From an uncultured Acidobacteriota bacterium (GTDB lineage Bacteria; Acidobacteriota; Vicinamibacteria; Vicinamibacterales; UBA8438), in the NCBI GenBank assembly GCA_913043225.1, contig CAJWLU010000006.1, forward strand, positions 64,001-128,000: 64,000 bases of DNA, in the 5' to 3' direction. A model generated the notes under the pieces. It did no database searches, was not told where the DNA came from, and worked only from the letters and a program-made list of their open reading frames with translations. A program made the translations under genes and the position numbers. How positions within the stretch are numbered: the first letter of the stretch is position 1; each line of letters opens with the position of its first letter. Below are positions 56,462-64,000 of the stretch, in pieces.

Positions 56462-58765
56462 ATGACAACGAAGTCAGTGTTGGCGGTGCTCGGTGCGTTT
56501 CTGTTTCCTGCCTACGGCGTTCTGGCCCAGCAGACGACCTCCGCTGAGCCACCGGACGTTCCCGCCGACATCCAGGAGTGGATGCACACCGCGTGGGGCA
56601 TGGACCCGCAGGTGCTCGGTGTCACCGACACGCACTTTCTATCGGCGTTGAGCACGACCGAACGGCAAGGCGCCTTTCTGTTCAAGCAGCGCTGCAACAC
56701 TTGTCATTATTCGACGATGTCGAGCACCAGAGGCGTGGGGGCGGGTCTCGTTGATGTGACGTCGTATGGACCGTCGCTCTCCAGGGCGAACGTCGACGGG
56801 GAGGACCGAGAACGCGCGACCCGCCAACGTATCTCGGAAGGTTCCGCTACGATGCCCGCTTTTAAGTATGCCCTTCGCGCTGACCAGATCGACTCGATCA
56901 TCGACTACCTGAAGAAAGTCGACACGCTCCGCCCGCCGGTGGTCGACCGGCTGGTGGAGCTAGCGGCACCGGACGCGGCGGAGGTCACAGCTTTCGATCA
57001 GACTGCTGGACCTCTGTGGGGGATTGTCACGTCGACTTCAGGCGAGTCGCTCCAGGGGGTGACCGTGTCGGCCCGTTCCCCGGGCAGGAACGTCACGACG
57101 AGTGTCTTCACGGACGGCGATGGTGAGTACTATTTTCCGCCCCTTGAGGCGGGACGACCATACAAGGTGTGGGCACAGGCGCAGGCGTTCGAGGCGGGAC
57201 GTGCGGACGTCGCGATGAGCGAGGTAGCGGCTAGACAGGACTTCACGCTTACCCCTACCGCGGATTTCCATAATCAGCTCACGGGAGCCCAGTGGTATGC
57301 AGCGCTGCCGGATGGCACGCGTGAGGACCGCCGGATGAAGGAGGTATTTCGGGCAGCCTGCATGGGATGCCACCCTCAGAACTTTTCACTGATCAGCAGG
57401 TTCGATGAGGCGGGCTGGCGGAACATTATCGACGTGATGAGTCGGATGCACCCGTATCGGTATGGGAGTCCGGCTGACGGGGCCAGGCGCCAGCCGAATG
57501 CGATCATGGTGCACTTTAGGGACGAACTGGCAGCCTGGCTGACCAAGGTGCGCGGTCCGGGGCCGTCGCCGATGACGTTTACACCCCGACGACCCACTGG
57601 GAACTCCACGCTGATGATCGCCCGTGAATACGATGCACCGGAGCCAGGATTCGGCTTGCCATTCTTTAATGATGGCAATACCGACTGGGCGCTCGGTCCG
57701 GTGGATTTCATGGATGAGTCGAAGCACCACGCCATGAACGCGACGGTGGATGAGGATGGGGATGTGTGGATGGCCGACATGTTCAACATCACCCGTACCA
57801 TCGTCAGGTATGACTGGCGGACGGGGCAGGCGACCAATTTCGCGCTGTCCGAGACACCGGACGCTCCCCCCGCGAACTCGCACGACATCATCCGGGACGA
57901 TGACGGGATTGTGTGGTTCGACATGAGCTCCATCGGCGCGCTAGGACGTATCAATCCGCGGACGGGCGAATCGAGCATTATTCGTCCTCCCGAGGGAGCG
58001 AGAGTGGGGCCCTGGATTGGCGACGACGGACTGGGGGGCATCTGGACTGCCGGGGCCGCGAACGACGTGAAGGCGATGCGCTACGACCCGGGGACGCGCG
58101 AGTGGGTTTTGTTCGAGAACCCGATCCCGAACGCGTCGAACTACGGGATGACGGGAGACGGTGTTGGCAACGGCTGGTGGTCGACTGCTATTCCCCGGGA
58201 CGGGTTGATGAAGGCGGACCTTGAGACGGGTCAGGCAACGTTCGTGCCGCTACCCGAGGCGGTGAACGACAGGACCGAGTTGTTTACCTCCGAGGAAATG
58301 GCGGTGTTTGCTGATCGGCTGACGTTCTACGGCTATGGTAGGCCGGGCGCTATGGCGATCCGAAAGCCGGGCGCCGATCCACGAAGTACGACCTTTTGGG
58401 GGTGCGCGTGGTACGGAAGCGGCTTGTTGCAGCTCGACAGTCGGTCTGACCTCGAGAAGATGTATCCCTTTCCGCCTGAGCACGCGGACGGGAACTGCTA
58501 CGAGACATCTGTAGACGATGACGGGATGGTGTGGTTGCCCTTTACGCATGGTGATGCAATCGCGAAGTTCGATCCGAGCAGGGAAGAATGGACGAGCTAC
58601 TTTCTGCCGACGATCGGGACCAAGACACACGGGCTACAAGCGGTGACGGTGGAAGGCCGGACTCAGATCGGAATGGGCTATCTCGGTGCCGGCAAAGTGG
58701 CGAAACTCGAGTTTCGGACGAAAGAAGAATTGCAGCAACTGAAGGCAGAAACGCGTGGGCCGTAA
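56462..58765 (+). CDS. Exported multidomain protein: cytochrome c, carboxypeptidase-regulatory-like domain, second cytochrome c, Vgb-like beta-propeller
   Basis: AGGAG RBS; CNTCH...MPAF; GIVTS..GE.LQGVTVSAR...TSVFTD..G.YYFP; CMGCH; repeated D.DG.VW blades. Confidence 0.85.
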   Translation: MTTKSVLAVLGAFLFPAYGVLAQQTTSAEPPDVPADIQEWMHTAWGMDPQVLGVTDTHFLSALSTTERQGAFLFKQRCNTCHYSTMSSTRGVGAGLVDVTSYGPSLSRANVDGEDRERATRQRISEGSATMPAFKYALRADQIDSIIDYLKKVDTLRPPVVDRLVELAAPDAAEVTAFDQTAGPLWGIVTSTSGESLQGVTVSARSPGRNVTTSVFTDGDGEYYFPPLEAGRPYKVWAQAQAFEAGRADVAMSEVAARQDFTLTPTADFHNQLTGAQWYAALPDGTREDRRMKEVFRAACMGCHPQNFSLISRFDEAGWRNIIDVMSRMHPYRYGSPADGARRQPNAIMVHFRDELAAWLTKVRGPGPSPMTFTPRRPTGNSTLMIAREYDAPEPGFGLPFFNDGNTDWALGPVDFMDESKHHAMNATVDEDGDVWMADMFNITRTIVRYDWRTGQATNFALSETPDAPPANSHDIIRDDDGIVWFDMSSIGALGRINPRTGESSIIRPPEGARVGPWIGDDGLGGIWTAGAANDVKAMRYDPGTREWVLFENPIPNASNYGMTGDGVGNGWWSTAIPRDGLMKADLETGQATFVPLPEAVNDRTELFTSEEMAVFADRLTFYGYGRPGAMAIRKPGADPRSTTFWGCAWYGSGLLQLDSRSDLEKMYPFPPEHADGNCYETSVDDDGMVWLPFTHGDAIAKFDPSREEWTSYFLPTIGTKTHGLQAVTVEGRTQIGMGYLGAGKVAKLEFRTKEELQQLKAETRGP

Positions 58766-58801
58766 TCCCAATGACCCACGTGTAACGCCTGGAGTTTTCA
58801 C

Positions 58802-60145
58802 ATGAAGTTCAGATCGTTGCGGGTCATTCGTGCCGTCTGGCTGCTGGGTGTCGTCGTGGTGATGGTCGGTGCCGTTCCTACGCGGGCTCAGGTTGGACGA
58901 TTCGAGCCTCTGGGCGACGGGCCATGGACCTACCGGACGAACAGCGCTCAGTTCCGGGTGGTCGTGGTGACGAAGGATCTTGCTAAGCCCTGGAGTCTCG
59001 CCTTTCTCCCCGACGGCAGCCTGCTGGTGACCGAGCTGGGCGGGCAGTTGCGGATTGTTCGCGACGGCGTGCTCGATCCGGAGCCGATTGCCGGGGTGCC
59101 CCGGGTACATGCGGTCAGGACGGGTGGGCTCATGGACATTGCGCTCCATCCGCGCTTCGCCGAGAACCAGCTGGTCTACCTCTCGTACACGAAGCAGGGT
59201 CCGGACCTGGCGCCGGGCACGGAGCCGCTGTCGGCGCTGGTTCCGGACGGGCTGATACAGCCCAATCCCACGGGCTTGACCACGACGAGCGCCGTCTGGC
59301 GAGCGCGATGGAACGGCACGGCGCTCGTCGATGGCACTGACATCTTCGTGGCCGACAGTTTGATGGACGACAGCATTTCCATGACGCAGGCGTCGCGGAT
59401 AGTGTTCGGCCTGGACGGCCTGCTCTACCTGGGGGTGGGGGCTCCGAATGCCCCCGCCGCCTCAGGCAAGTACGCCCGAGCCAGGGGCGCTCGCGCCCAG
59501 GAGCCAGACAGCCACGGCGGCAAGTTTCTGCGTCTCAGAGACGACGGCACGGTTCCGGAAGATAACCCGTTCGTCGACCACGCCGGCTACAAGCCGGAGA
59601 TCTTCACGATGGGACACCGGAACATGCTCGGGCTGACCGTCCACCCGGAGACTGGCATGATCTGGGCGCACGAGAACGGCCCGGCAGGTGCCGACGAGGT
59701 CAACATTCTCAACGCCGGCGCGAACTATGGTTGGCCGCTCGTGGGTCTTGGACGGGACTACTCGGGAGACTTCATTGGCGGGGTTGGCGCGCTCGGCGAG
59801 GCCGCCGGCCGGCTCGACGCCCACACGATGCACATGCCAGGCATGGAGACGCCGGTCATCTTCTGGACCCCCACAATCGGTCCGTCGGGAATGACGTTCT
59901 ATTCGGGTGATCGGTTTCCCGGGTGGAAGGGTAGCCTGTTCGTCGGGGTCATGAAGAACCAGCGTCTGGAGCGTATCGCCATCGGCGAGAACGGCTGGCT
60001 CGGGCCTCGGGAATGGTTGCTCGATGATCTCAAGCAGCGGATCCGCGACGTGCGCCAGAGTCCGGACGGGTTGCTCTACGTCTTGACGGACTACGACCCG
60101 GGAGCCCTGCTCAGGATCGAACCGCTCTCGCCGCGCTCGCCGTGA
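58802..60145 (+). CDS. PQQ-dependent sugar dehydrogenase (GSDH/YliI-like), exported
   Basis: PWSLAFLPDG, GGLMDIALHP.F, GKFLRLRDDG.VP.DNPF, GHRN, HENGP, NYGWP, RIRDVRQSPDG. Confidence 0.92.
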   Translation: MKFRSLRVIRAVWLLGVVVVMVGAVPTRAQVGRFEPLGDGPWTYRTNSAQFRVVVVTKDLAKPWSLAFLPDGSLLVTELGGQLRIVRDGVLDPEPIAGVPRVHAVRTGGLMDIALHPRFAENQLVYLSYTKQGPDLAPGTEPLSALVPDGLIQPNPTGLTTTSAVWRARWNGTALVDGTDIFVADSLMDDSISMTQASRIVFGLDGLLYLGVGAPNAPAASGKYARARGARAQEPDSHGGKFLRLRDDGTVPEDNPFVDHAGYKPEIFTMGHRNMLGLTVHPETGMIWAHENGPAGADEVNILNAGANYGWPLVGLGRDYSGDFIGGVGALGEAAGRLDAHTMHMPGMETPVIFWTPTIGPSGMTFYSGDRFPGWKGSLFVGVMKNQRLERIAIGENGWLGPREWLLDDLKQRIRDVRQSPDGLLYVLTDYDPGALLRIEPLSPRSP

Positions 60146-60203
60146 ACGGCACGGGGAGCCTCACATCATCGCCTACTGGGCCTACTTGGTCGCCGTCGTT
60201 CGT

Positions 60204-60266
60204 CAGGTCTTCGGCGCGCGCGCCTCTGAGGATGTTGAGCAGCCCGTAGTTGCCTTCGTGGCACGA
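60204..60266 (-). pseudogene. C-terminal remnant of a YACHEGN-family gene
   Basis: Reads SCHEGNYGLLNILRGARAEDL; no family sequence upstream. Confidence 0.75.
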
Positions 60267-60271
60267 GCACG

Positions 60272-60331
60272 ACGTTGGTCCTGGTCGAGAACTGGTTCGA
60301 AGAGCTGAAGCGCCTCGTACCGCTTCCGTGA
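60272..60331 (+). pseudogene. C-terminal remnant resembling the tail of acidobacterial Ser/Thr kinase-TolB-propeller proteins
   Basis: Reads TLVLVENWFEELKRLVPLP*; NWFEELKRLVP is the characteristic terminus of that family as I recall it. Confidence 0.6.
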
Positions 60332-60347
60332 ATCTTGCTCGGGCAAG

Positions 60348-60373
60348 AACTTGGCGTCCCCAACGGGATTCGA
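60348..60373 (-). repeat. tRNA-Glu 3'-end-like fragment (att-like), copy B
   Basis: Reverse complement TCGAAT-CCCGT-TGGGGAC-G-CCA has T-loop, T-stem, acceptor strand, discriminator and CCA geometry; no 5' half of a tRNA adjacent. Confidence 0.65.
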
Positions 60374-60914
60374 CCGTACTTGGACGACCCGAATCGCAAC
60401 CGAGATTCGGGCGGCGTGAGGGCCTCTGCTGCGTCTTCGATTCTGCCCTTCGGCACCACTCTTTTCGCATCTCGCGATCGCGTCATTCCACCGGGGAATC
60501 CCGCAGGTAGACAAATGGCAGACACTTGCGCGAAGGTGACACGCCTCACTGAACAGAACCGTCGCCCCTCCGAGAATCTCGCCAGTCGGGTCGAACGGAA
60601 TCGGCCGCGTCCGATCGCTCGTGGTCGTCCTTGTCTCGAGAAGCTCGAAATCTGTGGTGTCGTGTGCCTGATGTTCTAGCTGCGGCTGTTCTCGCAAGGG
60701 GCAAGCAAGAGATCTTCGACCAGGTCGTCAAGCAGTCGGATCACTGAAGCAGTCCGGCTCCTTCTCTGCAAGGAACTCGACCTGCAGCCGGGACGACCGA
60801 GCCTGCCAGAGGAGCGGGCGTCTGTGATTCACTAGATTGCCTACCCCCTTTGCCCGTGCTGGTCTAGCTAGGAGTCTGACGGCGGAAAGGGACCCATGTG
60901 GTAGGGTGCCTCGC

Positions 60915-61493
60915 ATGCGTATTCGCTTGGGTTTGCGGTTAACCTGTCTGATGCTACTGACCACCGCGCCGGTGGTGGCGCAGGACTACGGCGCCAGCGG
61001 CGACGTTCCTTACGCCCCCACGCCTCCCGAAGTGATTGATGCAATGATGGAACTGGGTCGCGTCGACAGCACCGATCTTGTCTATGACCTTGGCTGTGGA
61101 GACGGGCGGATCGTCATCGCGGCCGCCCGGGATCGTGGCGCAAGGGGTGTGGGCTACGATATCAACCCCGAGAGAATCGAAGAAGCGACCGCCAATGCGA
61201 AGGAAGCAGGTGTCCAGGATCGGGTCCGTTTTGTCGAGGGGAATCTGTTCGACGCCGACATCGGCGAGGCCAGCGTGGTCGTGCTGTACCTGCTGACAAG
61301 CGTCAACCTCGAACTGCGCCCGAAGCTATGGCAGGACTTAAAGCCTGGCACGCGCGTGGTCTCGCACCTGTTCGGCATGGGTGACTGGGAGCCGGACAAA
61401 GAGGTGAACATCAGGGGCCGCAGGGTCTTTGTCTGGACGATTCCTGAGGACGCAGCCGAGCGGGCCGAGGCCGAGCTCAGCGCCGCGCAGTAG
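60915..61493 (+). CDS. Class I SAM-dependent methyltransferase with signal peptide
   Basis: VPYAPTP.EVI..M, VYDLGCGDGRIVI, GVGYDI, LYLL...N..LRPKL...LKPGTRVVSH.F.MGDW. Confidence 0.9.
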   Translation: MRIRLGLRLTCLMLLTTAPVVAQDYGASGDVPYAPTPPEVIDAMMELGRVDSTDLVYDLGCGDGRIVIAAARDRGARGVGYDINPERIEEATANAKEAGVQDRVRFVEGNLFDADIGEASVVVLYLLTSVNLELRPKLWQDLKPGTRVVSHLFGMGDWEPDKEVNIRGRRVFVWTIPEDAAERAEAELSAAQ

Positions 61494-61879
61494 GACGCCG
61501 GCCCGATTCGGAACTCAAGCGTACGCCTGCCACGTCCCTGCCCCCCCATCGACAGGCCGGATCAGGCCGGGCTCCGCCGCGCAGACACATTCTGGGGGGA
61601 TCGGCGCGCCTGGCGAGGCCTCCGCCTGGATATCTCGGCTGCTCGATCAGCAGGCTGTCTCGATGACAGCGGTTGGAAGCCTCGCTCATGGTATGAGTAG
61701 GCCGATCAAGGCGCCGAGTCCGCCGGTCATCGGGTTAAAGCGGACACACTAGCGCAGCACGCCTACGTGACAAGACCTCGTGAGATCCCAGCGAGTTGTC
61801 TGGTTCTCAGCTAGAATGAGCCCGTCGGCTGGGGGTTGGCTGCACGGGCACGTCTCGCACCCAGTCACGGAGGAGAGCC

Positions 61880-62977
61880 ATGATGCGCGCCCCCATCCTG
61901 ACCGCGTTGTTCCTGTCGTTACTCGTCCCGACTGCGCAGGCGCAGATTCCCGCCGAGACGGTAGGCAGCGAGACAATGGCCCCACCGGCAGACAACTGGT
62001 TCATTTCGAAATCTAGTACAGCTGGTTATATCTATGACGCTGAGACAGGAGAGATGCAGGGCCTGCTCTCCCTGAGCAATCGGACGGCGGCCGTCGAGGT
62101 CTCACGTGAGCGCGGTGAGTTTTATGCCGCAGAAGGGTACTACTCGCGTGGCGTGCACGGAGAGCGCAGCGACATTGTTGCCGTCTATGATTTTGAGAAT
62201 CTGTCTCCAATTGCAGAGATCGAGATTCCACAGAAGATAGAAGGGCAGCCGCTACGCCGGCATGCGGGTCTTACCGGGAACGGACGCTACTTTTTAGTCT
62301 TCAATATGACACCAGCGCAGTCTGTGACTGTGGTCGATGTTGAGAATCGCACCTTTGTCGGGGAGGTCTCGACACCGGGCTGCGCCGTCATCATGCCGGT
62401 CGACGACTTGGCGTTCATGACGATCTGCGGCGACGGCATGTTACAACTGATCCAGCTGGGTGAAGATGGACGCGAAACGAGCCGTGTTCGTGGGGACAGG
62501 TTCTTCGACGTGCAGATTGATCCTGTATTCGATCGACCTGAACCGACAGCGGGCGGTTGGTGGCTCGTGTCGTACGAGGGGAAAGCATTCGACGTGTCGG
62601 TTGACGGGACCGACATCGTGGTCAGTGAAGCATGGGACTTACTGGCCGGGGACGACCAGTGGCGTCCTGGAGGACGCCAGTTTTACGGCGTGCATGCGCC
62701 GAGTGGCTACGCTTACGTTCTGATGCACCAAGGCGGCGAATATACGCACTACCAGCCGGGGACGGAGATCTGGGTGTATGACATCAATGCGCAACGACGT
62801 GTCGAGCGAATCGAACTCGCGGCGCCGGCGAGTAGTCTGTTCGTGACGCAAAGCGACGAGCCGAAACTGATCGTTCCAGACCAGGAGGGTGGCCTGCACG
62901 TGTACGATGCCGTCAAACTCACGGTCGACCGGACGATCGACAATCCTGGTCCACTTGGGTTTATCCAAGGGTTCTAA
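61880..62977 (+). CDS. mauB: TTQ amine (methylamine) dehydrogenase heavy chain
   Basis: GGAGGAG RBS; signal peptide; YYSRG..GERSD.V..YD...L....EI.IP.K, N.TPA.SV.VVD, EV.TPGC, ICGDG, HQGG...H..PG.EIWV.D; upstream of mauE and mauD. Confidence 0.88.
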   Translation: MMRAPILTALFLSLLVPTAQAQIPAETVGSETMAPPADNWFISKSSTAGYIYDAETGEMQGLLSLSNRTAAVEVSRERGEFYAAEGYYSRGVHGERSDIVAVYDFENLSPIAEIEIPQKIEGQPLRRHAGLTGNGRYFLVFNMTPAQSVTVVDVENRTFVGEVSTPGCAVIMPVDDLAFMTICGDGMLQLIQLGEDGRETSRVRGDRFFDVQIDPVFDRPEPTAGGWWLVSYEGKAFDVSVDGTDIVVSEAWDLLAGDDQWRPGGRQFYGVHAPSGYAYVLMHQGGEYTHYQPGTEIWVYDINAQRRVERIELAAPASSLFVTQSDEPKLIVPDQEGGLHVYDAVKLTVDRTIDNPGPLGFIQGF

Positions 62978-63544
62978 GTGGTGGCGGGGCCGTTTCTCCT
63001 GCAGTTTGCATCGCTAGGGTTCGCGCTGCTGTTTCTTCTTGCAGCGGTCCATAAGCTGACGAGGCTTGAAGAGTTCCAGGCGGCGGTGCGCGACTACCGG
63101 ATCATTCCGTCTGGTCTCGTGCCGGTGCTCGCTCGGCTGTTTCCGATCGTGGAAGTGTGCCTCGTTGTTGGTTGGTTGTTTGCATTTCAGATTCAGGTCG
63201 TGGCCTATGCCAGCGCGGGTTTGCTCGCCACGTATGGGCTGGCAATGGGGATTAACCTTGGCCGAGGGCGTGTTCACATTGGATGTGGGTGTGGTTTTGG
63301 CGGGGCGTTGCAGCGGGAGCAACACCTGTCAGTTAGTTTGGTGTTACGGAACTTTGGACTAGCGTGTGCCGCGTTGCTCGCCACGCTGCCGGGGCCGCAA
63401 CGAGAGCTTGGTGTGGGGGAGCACGTGATGGTCGTGTGCGCCGTTGTGGTGGGCGCTCTTCTGTACGCGACCGCCGGTCAGCTATCTCAGAACAGTGTAG
63501 CTATTAAGGCTTGGCGCAAAGGGCTAGAGGCGGTCCGTGACTGA
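62978..63544 (+). CDS. mauE: Methylamine utilization protein MauE
   Basis: Membrane protein with AAVHKL, F...VRDYRI, NL.RGR.HIGCGCG, LVLRN. Confidence 0.9.
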   Translation: MVAGPFLLQFASLGFALLFLLAAVHKLTRLEEFQAAVRDYRIIPSGLVPVLARLFPIVEVCLVVGWLFAFQIQVVAYASAGLLATYGLAMGINLGRGRVHIGCGCGFGGALQREQHLSVSLVLRNFGLACAALLATLPGPQRELGVGEHVMVVCAVVVGALLYATAGQLSQNSVAIKAWRKGLEAVRD

Positions 63545-64000
63545 TCCGCTGCTGATCTCCAACCTCGTGCTCTGGATACTGGTAATGGCACTTGCTGTGG
63601 TGGTGCTTGCGTTGGCCAGACAGGTTGGTATCTTGCATGAGCGGGTAGCGCCTGCTGGGGCGCTGCAGCCGACCGAGGGTCCGAAAGTAGGGGAAGCCAC
63701 AGAAGTGATGGCGTTGCAGGACCTTAGTGGCAATCCAGTAACGGTCGGTGGTCCTGATGTGAACGGACTCGCGACGTTGGTCCTGTTTATATCGCCGACG
63801 TGCCCCGTATGTCGTTCCATTGTGCCAACGGCGATGTCGTTAGCAAACAGTGAACGACGCCGGATGCGGCTGGTCTTTGCAAGTGATGGCGACAAGCCGG
63901 AGCAGCACGTGGCCTATGCGGCAGATTTAGACCTTGGCGGTTATCCCTACACCCTGTCACAGACGTTGGGGATGAGTTACCACGTCAGCAAACTTCCATT
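63537..64000 (+). CDS. mauD: Methylamine dehydrogenase accessory protein MauD, 3' partial
   Basis: GTG overlapping mauE; ISNLVLW...ALARQVGILHERVAPAGAL...GPKVGE, FISPTCPVC, VFASDG, GMSYHVSKLP; runs off the window and is absent from the ORF track. Confidence 0.92.
   Translation, partial: MTDPLLISNLVLWILVMALAVVVLALARQVGILHERVAPAGALQPTEGPKVGEATEVMALQDLSGNPVTVGGPDVNGLATLVLFISPTCPVCRSIVPTAMSLANSERRRMRLVFASDGDKPEQHVAYAADLDLGGYPYTLSQTLGMSYHVSKLP

Noticed and set aside
60420..61870. Short ORFs in the spacers around the methyltransferase gene
   Set aside because: No recognisable motifs or RBS; possibly decayed genes but not identifiable by eye
1..64000. CRISPR array, rRNA, complete tRNA, transposase or integrase
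   Set aside because: No regularly spaced repeats, no full cloverleaf and no recombinase or transposase motifs recognised; only tRNA 3'-end-like fragments
1..64000. Long overlapping ORFs on opposite strands or alternate frames (e.g. 3672-4631, 9106-10026, 15984-16955, 28839-29903, 34349-35368)
   Set aside because: Shadow ORFs expected in GC-rich DNA; Arg/Pro-rich or antisense to well-supported genes, with no family motifs

Overview
GC-rich bacterial chromosomal window, probably from an Acidobacteriota of the Vicinamibacteria type (inferred from its paralog families). It has about 50 genes, mostly exported redox and hydrolytic enzymes, and no rRNA, complete tRNA, CRISPR array or intact mobile element. 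It holds six 8-bladed PQQ dehydrogenase-family genes (two fused to a C-terminal cupredoxin lacking the axial Met), three 6-bladed soluble PQQ sugar dehydrogenases, one PQQ-repeat propeller, and the start of a TTQ amine dehydrogenase cluster (mauB-mauE-mauD). There are also five intact copies and two remnants of an uncharacterised exported family ending in (F/Y)EYACHEGN, several directly upstream of quinoprotein genes; two beta-propeller/diheme cytochrome c systems; and a Tat-exported linalool dehydratase/isomerase-like protein. Many normally cytoplasmic enzyme families carry signal peptides. Gene decay is widespread: two in-frame Glu-to-stop changes, frameshifted or truncated genes, and chimeric scars. 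Non-coding signals include two tRNA-Glu 3'-end-like direct repeats bracketing about 5.2 kb, a Fur-box-shaped operator over a leaderless promoter, and several other probable leaderless starts. All calls come from motif recognition by eye; no searches were run.
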